Of a DNA stretch of 64,000 nt, positions 30,347-44,246 are shown piece after piece. The notes under the pieces were generated by a model. That model was given only the letters and a program-made list of their open reading frames with translations. It was not told where the DNA came from and did no database searches. Position numbers and translations under genes: made by a program. Within the stretch, counting starts at the first letter, position 1; every line of letters starts with the position of its first letter. Location of the stretch: contig OZ231126.1 of the NCBI GenBank assembly GCA_965153355.1, positions 44,950,001-45,014,000 of the forward strand, given 5' to 3'. This DNA comes from Flaccisagitta enflata (lineage: Eukaryota).

Positions 30347-30744
30347 TATGTGTTTCAGTCACTTTGTATGCACTCTCAAAGAAAAAAAAATTGGGGGATA
30401 ACCAAACAAGGCCAGATACACGGCTACCCCAGTCGCCATAATTTAGGTCAGTGGAACATTTGGGCAGGAGCAAAAAGGCCGAAACCCCCATTAAAGCCAA
30501 AAAAGTAAAGTGGACGGATGGATGGACGGACGGATGGACGGATGGACGGACGGACAGACGGATGGACAAAGCGGGATGTAGAGTCGCGTAGCACGCAACT
30601 AAAAAAAATATATAATTAGTTTCAGATGAAAAGAGTGAGGACGTCAAGATCACGAGGCTGCGATTGTTTATAAATTCAACCACTGAGAACGATACGTAAT
30701 TCGATATTTTCTGGTATGAGTAGCTGAGTTGCTTACATATACGA

Positions 30745-30836
<92 letters not shown>

Positions 30837-31435
30837 TTGGCACAAACCGGTGCCTATGGCAATAGTATGGCATCATTCACCCAGCCCAAATGATTTATCT
30901 CTACCCCCTCTCTGACCATATGCCATCAGGGTAGCCACGTTGTGTTGGCCATATCGTTGACTAGGCCTATGCATAGGCCAAGGCATGGATAAATGCTTAG
31001 TGCTATAGTGGATCCCATGATACATCGTGAAGGGGTATGGAAAATTGAAGCCAGGTTCAGGTAAAGGGGTTCTGTCACTATTTTATGCGTATTTATGCGT
31101 TCTCACATCAAAGCAAGTAAAGCGGTGTTACAATAACATCCCGGAGGAGTTGACAGGGGTGCACATTTTTTACACTCTTTACGGACTGGCATACCAACGG
31201 AGGGACCAACATGATGGACAGAAGGACAAAGCCCCAAGAAAACCTCCAAAAAACTAACCCAGCAATTTTTGGCCTGTTGGGCTTGTTTCTTTTATGCAGA
31301 TAATGATGCGTTTATTTGCTGTAACAAAACAGGAATCAAAGAAATGTTGCGCTGTTTCAAAAAAAATCTATATAAGGGTAAACCCGGGATAAAACTGAGA
31401 CAAATGTAGTTATGCTGATTGACTTCTTACTCTTA

Positions 31436-31697
31436 GGGGGCGTTTCTAGTCACAGACAGTCGCATCTTTAATGGGCCACTTGGTCGCTCGCTACGTTCGT
31501 TCGCTTGCACCACTCCGCTCACTTGCTCCGCAGGGCTCTGCTTTGCAATGCTCGCTTCACTCACTCCCTCCGCTCATTCATGTCGCTCACTCACTCCGCT
31601 CATTCAATTTGCTCACTCTCTCGCAGGAGGATTGAAATTCATGTGTTTATGCTTCACGTGAAGAAACACGTTTTTGACGGTCACTAGAAACACGCCC
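31436..31697. mobile_element. PIF/Harbinger-like MITE
   Basis: GGGGGCGTTTCTAGT/ACTAGAAACACGCCC termini, TTA TSD; homologous to 26893-27159. Confidence 0.78.
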
Positions 31698-31881
31698 TTA
31701 GTCCCGTGCATGCGACTCAACAACCCTCTTTGTCCACCCGAATTTTTTCTGTTGCGTGCTACGTGACTCTACTCTCGGCTTTGTCCAATGCATTGGTTAC
31801 ACTTTACTTTTTTTAGTCGCGTGCTACGCGACTCTATACCCCGCTATGTCCTTCCGTCCATCCATCGGTCGATGAGTCCCG

Positions 31882-32404
31882 TTTTTGGGCAGCGGCTCCA
31901 AAGGGCCAATGTCCTGTAGGAGACAGGGGTGAATTTCCGTACATCCGTCCGTCTGTCCGTCCATACCCTCCCCGGCCTCTCAGGCCCAAATCTGGCTCTT
32001 TCAGGCATGCAGTCAGGCCTAAGAGGCCCAAATCAACCCTCTCAAACCTAAAATCTCTTCTCTCAGGTTCAAGATTTGCTCTCTCAGGTTCAAAATTTTC
32101 TCTCTCAGATCCAAAATAAGCCGTCTTAGGCCCAAAATCAGCCCTCTGTAGCCCAAAATCAGCCCTCATAGACTATAAATCAACCCTGTGGCTTGGAATA
32201 AGCCCTATGAGGCCTCAAATTTGCCCTCTCAAGCCTAAATTCTGACCCTTCATGATGGATGGACGTAAAGAAATTCACCCCTATGTCCTACAGGACATCG
32301 GCCCTTTGGGGCCGCTGCCCTGCTCTTACTTCACTTCTTCAGCTGATCACTCCAAGCAGGGCATTGGGTACTGCTGACCATGCGCAATCCTTGGATGACT
32401 TGTT
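31882..32404 (+). mobile_element. HINE-like GGGCAGCGGC element nested in an AGTCGCGTGC-family element
   Basis: TTTTTGGGCAGCGGC start, about 21-bp internal repeats, GCCGCTGCCC and conserved 3' end; host halves at about 31810-31880 and 32405-32520. Confidence 0.65.
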
Positions 32405-32974
32405 ACTATTTCGGCGGTTTTGAGCATTTTGACCTCACTGCTCCTGCCCAAATGCCCCAGTGACCTTCTCCATCACTGCCCCTGCACACCTGCACGCGAC
32501 TAGGGTAGCCGCGTATCTGTTCAGTTTTGCAGTCTTTGGCCTTACTGGTACTGCCCACGACTTGTGCTCTAAATGGGGCTTGGTATGTACATAGGTCTGT
32601 TGGTTCATCTGCAATGCATATTTTTGTTGTGCCCCTTCTCAGTCAATGATGATAATGTAAGCCCTTATGTTAGCCCGTCTGTCCGTCATCATTGGTCTCT
32701 CTGGCAGAAACATTTTCAGGGCCACTGTAACATGCGTATTAACTAGTCAGTGAGGGTTCACAAGGCCCTCTTCCATTTATTTCAGTTTGGGTATAGTGAG
32801 GGATATTGTTCCACTTTTCATAACATGCTCAACTCCCCCCCCCCCCCACCCCGTGCGATCGAAGACCACCCCCACCTTTTGTCCATTGCAGCTTTAGTCA
32901 CAGACTCTATAATATGATTTGTCCGTTGGTCTGTTAGTCCATTGGTCCATTTGTCAATGTGGCTGACTGTCCAT

Positions 32975-33181
32975 CAGAGATTAGGTATCGAGATCCGGCA
33001 ATCCGTGTAACGGATAGGATATATGGGATAACGGATAATGGGTAAATCACCATGAAAACCGATCGTTCCTCTTCCTCCTCTTCCTCCTCCTCCTCCTCTT
33101 CTTCTTCCTCCTCTCCCTTCTCTTTTATTCTTCCAAGATTCTTTGTTTCTTTAATTCGATCTTATACCGCTTTTGGTGTGT

Positions 33182-33220
<39 letters not shown>

Positions 33221-33593
33221 AGCTGGGCATGATAGGTGGAACAATATCTCTACCCTAACTGAAATGAATAGAAGAGGGCCTTGTATACTAAGTGTAGTAA
33301 CTATAGAAAGTATAGTAAGAATAGTAAGAATAGTAAGAATAGCAAAAATAGTAAAAATAGTAAGTATAGTAAGTATAGTGGTAATGCTGTCCATCTTTCA
33401 TAACGAGGATTTCCATGAGTCAAATGCAATGAACCTTTTACAAAATCTATTCCTTTTACTTAGATACTGTGTAACTTTATATAAATAATGTCTAGTTATT
33501 AAGGGATAACGACCTTAGCATAAAATGGCGGATTTTTACCATATAACGACATCATAACGGCCGACCACTGACGCTCAGTAACGCTAATCTCTG
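32975..33593. mobile_element. Non-autonomous hAT-like element
   Basis: TIR CAGAGATTAG/CTAATCTCTG with 8-bp TSD CTGTCCAT. Confidence 0.85.
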
Positions 33594-34141
33594 CTGTCCA
33601 TCTAGCCATCTATCGGTAATGCATTTCCGCCCCTTCCTCTGTATGTGGGGTGGAGTGAGGGCATGTACGCCCTGCTCACATGTATAATATTGCCTAATAT
33701 TGTCACACCGCGTTACTAGTTACAACTACTTATGACTACTAACTATTTTTCTTTCTTCCTCAGATTTGGATTGGGCCGCTTGGCGTTGGCTTCATTTCGA
33801 ATACGAATTTGTGACTATTCACCACCCCCCCCCCCAAAAAAAAAAAGCCAAAAAATCTTGCTGAAATTGGCATCGCTATTTGACGTTATTCTGAAGTTAC
33901 TGAACTGAATTTTCTTGGGAGCCTAAGACTAATGGATGATATTTGCAAAAGAGAATATTCTTTGAGAGTTAATCAATTGTCAATAAAGACAGAGTAATAC
34001 GTAGATGTGTGATATGTTTCAGTGATTGATATCTCATTGATTTGAGTCTCATGAACAAATAAATGCCTTTCTATTGTGCCACAAATTTTCTGCCGCGCCC
34101 CTCTACTATCTGTCATCTCCCCCTCCTTTACATATGCGGCT

Positions 34142-34237
<96 letters not shown>

Positions 34238-34429
34238 GGACGGACGCAAACATTCAGTGGAACTGAGTGACAGACATAGTGACAAAAACCGAGACAGATA
34301 GGTACCAAGACAAGGTGACAGAGAGAGACTGCAAGGAAAGAGAAAAAGTTAGTTAGCCAGTTAGTAAGCATGAGTGACCAGAACAGACATAACCTGAAAG
34401 AAGAAGAGGAAAGAGGATGAGAGAGAGAG

Positions 34430-34539
<110 letters not shown>

Positions 34540-35677
34540 AAGAGGCTGAGGCACGAGGCTTATTTGTGGCCATTGCCCAATAAGGGTTCGCTTGTGGGTG
34601 GGCAGGGGCAGTGATGTTGGTGGGCAAGGGCAGTAATGTGAGAGGGCAAGGGCAGTAATGTGGGAGGGCAGCTACGTCGGAGCTGTTGTGCGGGTGACCA
34701 TGGCTGCAATGTTCAGAAATCAATAATTCAACCGTTTCTGCGCCATCCAGGATTTTTTCCGCTCTTCAGCCATGAGGGCAAAAACAAAGATTGATTTTTT
34801 AAAAATACTATTCACTATCGCAGAGGGCAAACAGATACTGTTTTGAACACAGCAACTCATGACCTTATAACTGAATTTTTTTAAGGGAAATTTAAGAAAA
34901 AAATGGTTGACCGTCATGGTGGTCTTAAGTGCAAAACCAGTCTGGAATTCGAACTTGAAACCTTCGACTAAATAAACTGATCAAGATAAACCTGAAGTCA
35001 AATGAGTTAACCACTAGACCAATTCCAGAATCTGATTCAACCAAGCAAATTTGATTAAGTAAATTCAAAAGAATTTTCTATTAACAGAGCTGCCATACCC
35101 CATCATCAACCCTATAGGACATAAGCATTATACACACATAGTTTCATTCGATTTGCTCAAATGATAATTAGGATATGAGGACCCCCGTATTTCCAAGTAT
35201 AGACGACATCTACTGTATCCGTCTATTTGTCAGTCGGCCGATGTGTCTCCTTCTACCGCTAACATTCAAAACACTTGTGACTTGACATTGTAAGATTTGC
35301 CATCAAATCTGAAAATGCAACGTTTTCCAGAACGCAAGGATCTATTTGTTTTGAATTTCTTTTCTGATTTTTGAAAATAATTCCCTGTTTCCTCTTCATC
35401 AGTTTTTGGTTTTGATTTCTGCGTTGAAATCGTCCTTTAGGAAATTTCCTTTCATTATGCCAAAAAGGAAAGGAGGAAGCAGAAAAGAAAAAAAAAACTT
35501 TTGTTTTTGCCTTCAATTTGAGATGATTACGCTCCTCACTCTCTCTCTCTCTCTCTCTCTCCATTTCTTGATTATTCCTCGAAAGTCTTAGTTAAGGATT
35601 TCCAAATGAGGGAAAGAAAAAGAGGAAAGGAAGGAACAAAGTGACTGAAAAAAGAAAGAAGAGAGGAAGAGAGAGAG

Positions 35678-35851
<174 letters not shown>

Positions 35852-37390
35852 GGAGAAAGAGAGGAACAGAGAAGAGAAACGAGTTTGGACGGTTCATTTT
35901 TCATTGTGCTACACTACTCATGTGAATAAACGTCATACTTAGACAAGACGAAGATACAGACGGACAGACAAAAGACAAACAAATATGTGCAAACGTGAGT
36001 GGGACGGTGGTCGCGGTTGGATAGTCGAGTTGTAATGAGACCTAGTGAGCGTCAAAATCCCGTTCACTCTTTTGCTTCTCTCTCTCTCTCTCTCTCTCTC
36101 TCGACAAATTTTTTAGGACTCATCAAATTGCAATTAAATTGGCAGACAAAAATTAAATTCGCTTTCTCCGCATCAGTCCTTCTTTTTTTGGTTGTGGGAA
36201 GACCGAAGAAGACTAATGAAGAACGAAGCTGTAATGAAAGACTGAACAAAAAAATGAAAGAAAAAAATCAGTACGAAGGTGGTGGTGGTGGTGATGGTGG
36301 CGGTAACGGTGGTGGTGGCGGTGACGTTGTCAGTGACGTTGATGGTGACGATGGCGGTGACGGTGGCGGCGGCGGTGGCGAATGTGATGGCGGTGGCGAT
36401 GGCATCAGCAGTGGCGGTAAGGGTGGCGGTAATGATGGTGGTGGCTATGGGGGTGGCAGTGTCGGTGGTGGGGGCGGTGTCGGTGTCGGTGTCGGTGGTG
36501 GGGGCGTTGGCGGGGAAAGTGGCGGGGGTAATCGTGTATGTGCAAATGGTGGTGCAATAGCGTGACTCCTTTCATGCGTTCAGCTGGGTTAAAAGGTGGT
36601 GATCAGGTTTCCATAACCATTCTCAGTTGTGCAGGGACAGCGGGGCAAAGGTTCACTCAGGTTGTATGGGCAGGGACAGAGAGTCAGTGATGTGTAAAAC
36701 GCCCCAAAATGGAGTATTATTCATGGACGTGGGCATACACACAAACGGACCGATTGAACAAAAACTTATTCTAACTTCAGGAGTCGTCGTGGCAGAGATA
36801 AACACATCGGTTATCATGGCTTACCACATGATGTTCATTAGAAAAGTCTTATGAGTGATGGAGCTTGGTAAGGGTGCAATTAGGTGCAATGAATAATCAT
36901 TACATTGATGGAGAGCCAGAACTTGTTGGTTACCAGTATACAATTTAGCCTATCCACTGGATAGTATCCAGTATCCTGGTTTGGAATCTATTCAGACTTT
37001 TCGCCTGTGACGTGACTTATTGTGTATTGGCTATATTTCTCAAGACTCATACTTCTGAATTCCATTACCAGGCTCCGCAAACTTCACTATGTCATACCCC
37101 AAACTACCGCATCCTTCAATCGGCAAAAACCTAACCGCAGAATTATGACGCAGCAAAAAATTTTCACTTTTATTTTGTAACTCTCTTATTCGCTTCATTT
37201 TTGTCTCGAAGGCATCTTTCCGAAACTTTCATTTTTCTCCCAAAAAATGACACCAGAGGTGAATTGAGACAAAGGAAAGAGGGAGCAATTTTCCGAAATT
37301 TCTTGTTTCTTCTTGTATTGCCTCGTTTCCTTTTCCCCATATCTTTACTCCCACTACGCCCTAATGTTCACCCAAGCCTTTAGCTGTGTG

Positions 37391-40252
37391 CACTAGGGCA
37401 TCCAACGACCGCTAGGTTTAAACTAGGAGTACTTGAACTTTTATTGTGGTTTCTGTTGGTCAAGCCCATGTGGGATCCATGGCAATTGATTGCAAAATTT
37501 TTCCAGGACAAAATTTTTTTAAATTTCAATTTTTTTGTGGGTGGGTGGTACAGGCCATTTTCATCCTTTAACATCAGAATAAGGTAACTTCTTGAGCATT
37601 TATCTCCTAAACGAACCAACAAATTGACCTCAACTTGGGCTCATTTTAGAGAGGAGACACAGCTCTTTAAAATGAGCCCAAATTGAGCTTAATTGCTTGA
37701 TTCGTTTAGGAGCTACAGTCCTCCGAAGTTGATGTTATTTTAAGCCTTTACCATCAAAACAAGGTAAGTTCTATAGCATTTATTTCCTAAACGAATCAAC
37801 AAATTGACCTCAACTTGGGCTCATTTTAAAGAGGAGACACAGCTCTTTAAAATGAGCCTAAATTGAGCTTAATTGCTCAATTCGTTTAGGAGCTACATTC
37901 CTCCAAAGTTGATGTTATTTTAGGCCTTTACCATCAGAACAAGGTAACTTCTAACGCATTTATCTCCTTAACGAATCAACAAATTGACCTCAACTTGGGC
38001 TCATTTTAAAGAGGAGACACAGCTCTTTAAAATGAGCTCAAATTGAGCCTAATTGCTCAATTCATTTGGGAGCAACAGTCCTCCAAAGTTGATGTTATTT
38101 TCAGCCTTAACCATCAGAACAAGGTAACTTGTAATTTAGCTCTAAAGCATATTTGTCGTTAACAAATCAACAAATTGACCTCAACTTGAGCTCATTTTAA
38201 AGAGGAGACACAGCTCTTTAAAATGAGCTAAAACTGACCTTAATTGCTCAATTTGTTTAGGAGTAATAGCCCTCCAAAGTTGATGCTATTTTTTTTACAG
38301 GGGTATGTATGATTGAGCGGCTTTAGATTTTATCACCCCCCCCCCTTTGATTTTCTCCCCCGTGACCAGCGATATGTGGCAGCTTGGGACCTTAGGACTT
38401 AACAGCCAATTCCAAGCACGACATCAAATCTAAGAAAGACCGCAGTGATGCAGATTCATGGTAGCAAATAGCAATGCTACGTGGCAGGCAAGACCCAAAT
38501 TGCGGTAGATGCGGCAGGAGAGGAAAGGGAAGGCAATTAAAGGGGTAAAGAAGAAAGGAAAGAAGAATGAAAGTAAAGGGAAAGATTATCTTGCTGAAAC
38601 AAGAGAAAGAAAGAAAGTAAGAGGAAGAAAGTAAGAAAGAGAGAAAGAAGGACAGACAGACAGAAAGACAGAAAAAAAAGAACATTCCAAATTCAGAGAC
38701 GGAATGATAGAATCAATAGTGAGTAAAAGCTGCAGCAGCTCTTGAAAGACCAATTCTGCTAAGCGACAGCTTGCAGAATCTTCCTCTCTGAACGTCGTTC
38801 AGTGAAATCCCACCCTTGAGGCTCAAATCCCAGCGTTGAGGCTCAAATCCCAGCCTTGAGGCTCAAATCCCAGCCTCAAAGCTCTAATCCCAGCCTTGAG
38901 GCTCAAATCACAGCCTCCAGGCTCAAATCCCAGCCTCCAAGCTCAAATCTCAGCCTCCTGGCTCAAATCTCAGCCTCCTGGCTCAAATCCCAGCCTCCTG
39001 GCTCAAATCCCAGCCTTCACACTCAAAATCCAGCCTCCAGGCTCAAATGCCAGCTTCCAGGCTCATCCCAGCCTCCAGGCTCAAATCCCAGCCTCGAGGC
39101 CCGCTCGGACGGACGGACAGATGGACGAACGAATGAAAGTCCCCCTGTGTTCTACAGGACATTGTCCCCTTTGGGGCCGCTGCCCTGCTACCCATCACCT
39201 ACAATCACCAGCTTACTAAGCAGGGCAACGGGTATTGCTGACCACATATTGCCCTTGGGCGACTGGTTTCTGTCTTTCTGTCTGTCTGTCTTTCTTTCTC
39301 TCTTTCTTACTTTCTTCCTCTTACTTTCTTTCTTTCTCTTGTTTCCACAAGATAATCTTTCCCTTTACTTTCATTCTTCTTTCCTTTCTTTTTTACCCCT
39401 TTAATTGCCTTCCCTTTCCTCGCCTGCCGCATCTACCGCAATTTGGGTCTTGCCTGCCACGTAGCATTGCTATTTGCTACCATGAATTTGCATCACTGCG
39501 GTCATTCTTAGATTTGATGTCGTGCTTGGAATTGGCTGTTAAGTCCTAAGGTCCCAAGTTGCCACATAAACAAATTGAGCAATTAAGATCAGTTTTGGCT
39601 CATTTTAAAGAGCTGTGTCTCCTCTTTAGAATGAGCTCAAGTTGAGGTCAATTTGTCAATTTGTTTACGAGAAATATGCTTTAGAGCTAAATTACAAGTT
39701 ACCTTGTTCTGATGGTTAAGGCTGAAAATAACATCTTTGGAGGACTGTTGCTCCCAAATGAATTGAGCAATTAGGCTCAATTTAGGCTCATTTTAAAGAG
39801 CTGTGTCTCCTCTCTAAAATGAGCCCAAGTTGAGGTCAATTTGTTGATTCGTTTAGGAAATAAATGCTTTAGAAGTTACCTTGTTCTGATGGTAAAGGCT
39901 TAAAATAACATCAACTTCGGAGGACTGTAGCTCTTAAATGAATGGAGCAATTAAACTCAATTTGGGCTCATTTTAAAGAGCTGTGTCTCCTCTTTAAAAT
40001 GAGCTCAAGTTCAGGTCAATTTGTTGATTCGTTTAGGAGATAAATGCTTAAGAAGTTACCTTGTTCTGATGGTAAAGGATGAAAATGGCCTGTACCACCC
40101 ACCCACAAAAAAATTGAAATCTAAAAAAATTTTGTCCTGGAAAAATTTTGCAATCAATTGCCATGGATCCCACATGGGCTTGACCAACAGAAACCACAAT
40201 AAAAGTTCAAGTACTCCTAGTTTAAACCTAGCGGTCGTTGGATGCCCTAGTG
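37391..40252. mobile_element. Foldback-type non-autonomous CMC (Chapaev-like) transposon
   Basis: CACTAGGGCATCC...GGATGCCCTAGTG termini, 4-bp TSD TGTG inferred from the empty site near 7205, arms of about 1-1.3 kb containing about 180-bp tandem units. Confidence 0.85.
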
Positions 40253-41089
40253 TGTGCTATCCTAAAGTGATGCAGTGATGCAGGAACTTATCATGGGCAT
40301 AACAATGGTTGTAACTGACTGACAGACCTTAGTCCCGACACATGGACTTATCAACGCCGTCCAGTGTACTTCGTGGATCATGATACCTCATTCCTCTTTT
40401 TGGGCTTGAAGTCATTCTATTTTTACTCCCAGGAACATCACATTTGTAATGCATTACTGTTTCCTTATCTGCTCCCCCTATTCTCATCATGTTTTCTTTC
40501 AATAAACTTAAAACTTTGAATTCCATTTTTAGACTTTTTTCATGCACTACATGATGTAGTTTTCATCTCCTCTCTCTCCTGGAACACCCGTGCAAATAAA
40601 TCCGGCGTCTACACTGTACAGGCTGTTTTTGGATGGCTGCCCCTGACTGAATACTTGACTAGCCTTTTTAGTCGCGTGCATGCGACTCTATACCCCGCTT
40701 TGTCCGTCCGTCCATCGGTCTGTCTGTCTGTCTGACTGTCTGTTGGTCCGTCACACTTTTACTTTTTTTAATCAATTTGATTTCCTTAAGTCATTTTAAG
40801 TTCTTCTAAGTCATTCTAAGTCTCGCACGCGAGGTGTTGGCCTTGTTAATTATCGCCTTCGTCTTCCTAGGGTAGCCGTGTATCCGGCCACGATCTTTAC
40901 ATTTCGTCGATTCATACGTAGGACTTCCACAACCACGTCACCCGGCCCATTTTCCAAGTTATCCCTTCGCCACCTTCTTTTTATTTTCCACTCATTTGGC
41001 ATCACCGGGTCGCCTTCCTGTTCTTTTTCCTCCAGTTGCTTCCAGTAAATTCCAGCTACTTCCGGCTAGGTCCCCTCTCACCTTTTTTT

Positions 41090-41497
41090 CCTTTTTCTTC
41101 TTCATCATCTTCTTCTTTTTCTTCTTTTTCTTTATCTTCTTCATCTTCATCTTCATCTTTTTCTTTCTTTTCTTTTCTTTTCTTTTCTTTTCTTTTCTTT
41201 TCTTCTTTTCTTTTCTTTTCTTTTCTTTTCTTTTCTTTTCTTTTCTTTTCTTTTCCTTTTTCTTTTTCTGTTTGTTTTTCTGTTTCTTTTCTTTTCTTTT
41301 TTCTTTTCTTTTCTCTTTTCTCTTTTCTGTTTCTGTTTTTCTGCTTCTGTTTCTTTTCTTTTCTGTTTCTGTTTCTGTTCTGTTCCTTTTCTTTTCTTTT
41401 CTGTTTCTTTTTCTTTTCTTTTCTTTTCTTTTTCTGTTTCTGTTTCTGTTTCTTTTCTTTTCTTTTCTTTTTTTCTTTTCTGTTTGTTTTTCTTTTC

Positions 41498-41528
<31 letters not shown>

Positions 41529-41575
41529 CTCTTTTTCTGTTTTCTTCTTCTTCTTTTCCTTCTCCTCTCTTCCTC
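41090..41575. repeat. (TTTTC)n/(TTTCTG)n pyrimidine tract
   Basis: Direct reading; copy A has (TTC)n at the equivalent site (8000-8220). Confidence 0.9.
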
Positions 41576-41773
41576 TTCAAAACTGTTTTTTCTACCTCCA
41601 CCACCTCCGTGTACAAAATTCGTTGTTAATCGCTTTAGACAATCTCCGAGCCTTTATTATCTCTACTCTTAATCTTCAACGCGAAAAAAAGAAGAAAGCC
41701 TTTCTTGCAAAGAGAATCCTGCGAATGTTTCCCCCCACACATTATTTTTATTACCCATTATTGGCGTTTTCGA

Positions 41774-41826
<53 letters not shown>

Positions 41827-43405
41827 CCTTTTTTTTCTGTGTAAAAACAAATGTGTTTTAGGCGTTACTTATTGTACGAGGTAAATGGTGAATAAAAGAA
41901 AGCGAACATGGTATTGCATACGAAACTCTCTCAATCCGCAGTCTTTATGTACCTACGCGATGGGCATAGATTCCATAGAACCACAGAGCTGCGTCGACAC
42001 GCAGACAGACAGAGAGAAAGACAGACACAAGAACAGACAGACAGACAGAAAGACAGCAGGACGACAAAGTAACGATCAGACATGTAGATAATGGTGGAGC
42101 ATGTCGGAAAATCTTAGGGAAGGAAAAGTGGGAAGGGAAAGAAAAAAAAGATAAAAACTAAAAAAGGGATGAAGAAAAGAAACAAAAAGTGAACAAACAA
42201 GTGACGCGAGGTCATGATATCGTTGCAGATCGTTGGGCACACACTCGTATACACACAATACCAACTGCAGCAGCATAAATTCGTGTTTTGCGTGATAAAC
42301 GGACGAACAGATGGATGAACCAATGGACGGACCAACGGACGGACTAAGCCTCTTTCGGAATGGCGTGTCCGCAACTAAAAACAAGTCATTCACCGATCGC
42401 ATATGATCAACGGTATCTGGTTGAAGCAATATCAGTGTTAGTAGCGTGAATTGCATTATGCAGTCTCAATATGTCTGCATTTTGAAAGGACAAACATTTC
42501 AGCGACACTCAATTGGAATGAAAGTTAAAAATCCTCCCGCTGCTTTAGCAGTGCTTTGAGATTATATGAACGTATTCATATGCAAAAAAAATCAACTTAG
42601 TTTTATATGTTGTGGATTCTAAACAAACGTTTATTACAATATGTTTCATAAGTTTTGAAAAAAAAATTTGCGCACCGCAGAAATTTATTTATGGCTGTCT
42701 CTTAATGCCTTACCCGCGACTGGTCATATCTAGAAAGCTCTGCTGAGGAGTGTGGACTTGATATAGAGAAATGTGTTGAGGCCCTCGCGATAACTAAATA
42801 CTAGTTATTGCATATACAGCCCTGTTGGTGAAGACATGAGGAGCATATTTAAAGTTGACGCAGTAAGATGAAATTCTTACTAAAGTAGCCCAAAGGTACC
42901 AGGATACTTCAGATAAAATCTTATCTTAGGGGTCAACTAGAAATATGTTTTCATACGAAATATGTTTTATACGGTTTTGCTTTAAGTGCTGAAAGGGTGA
43001 AAATTGTAGCACAGGCTTTTTTCTAATGCTGTGCTAATAGAAAATTACTGTCAATCATGTCGGAAATTAAATGAAGGAAACTTGTTTCTCGGAAGGTTTG
43101 AATAATCTGTGTGTCTGCACGTCTGGTACGCATGTTGACACCAAATTTTGATTACGTTCACGAGGGAAACTTTTCCAACGAAGGAAAAAAAATGAATATG
43201 AATATGAATTTGTAATAAGGTTCAAAACTGAAAGAAGAAACGTGAATGAGAAAGAAAAGAAACGGCTTAAGAAGAGAAGAGATACGTGAATAGTGCAAAA
43301 AAGCACTGCCACTCCCATTCTTTTCTTTCTGTCTTCATGTCTCTGTCTCTCTGCTTTTTATGTCTTACTGTCTTTCTGTCTTTCTCATTTTTTTCAATCT
43401 TCTCT

Positions 43406-43460
<55 letters not shown>

Positions 43461-43618
43461 CTCTCTCTCTCTCTCTCTCTGTTTTCGGCTCTTTGTTTTA
43501 AACTTCAGAATTCATTTGGCGATTACCCATATATCCCGTGTCACACCTCCCTTCTCTCTCACACCATCCCGTTGTATTCCACCTCTCCATACCTCTTTTG
43601 CTCTCACGCTTCCCTCCT

Positions 43619-44246
43619 TTTTGGGGAGCGGTCCAGAAGGAGACGAAGTTCTGTAGAGCACAGGAGGAATCTGTCCATCTGTCCATACATAGGCATACAT
43701 ATGTACGTAAGTCCACATGTATGTCCGTACGTACGTCTGTCCCCCCATCCTTAGGGCTTTGTCTCCTTTGGGGCCTATTCTGACCCAAATTCTGTCAAAC
43801 AGCCCAATTCCAAGCAATATGGCCCAAATCTATGCAAAATGGCCCAAATCAAAGCATAATGGCCCAAATCCAAGCAAAATGGCCCAAATCTGGCCAGAAA
43901 ACCCTAGTTCTGGCCTAAGGTCCCTCATTTTAGCCCCTTACTATACTGCGGCCCCCAACAGCTAGATTCTGACCAGATTTGGCCCATCACGCTTGGATTT
44001 GGGCCATTTTGCTAAGATTTTGGCCATATTGCTTGGATTTTGGCTATTTGGCAGAATTTGGGTCAGAACAGGCCCCAAAGGAGACAAAGCCCTGAGGATG
44101 GGGGGGGGACCAACAGACAGATGGACGTACTTATGTATGGACAGACGGACGGACAGATTCCCCCAGCCGCTGCCCTGCTCCCCCTCAACTTAAATCACAG
44201 GGCTCAGGTACCGCTGACCACTTACTGCCTTTGGGCTGCTATTTTT
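43619..44246 (+). mobile_element. HINE-like GGGCAGCGGC element with long internal inverted arms
   Basis: 43735-43890 is the reverse complement of about 43990-44110; conserved 3' end. Confidence 0.7.

Noticed and set aside
37621-38290. Regularly spaced palindromic repeats resembling a CRISPR array
   Set aside because: The intervening sequences also repeat, there are no cas genes, and they lie within eukaryotic transposon arms.
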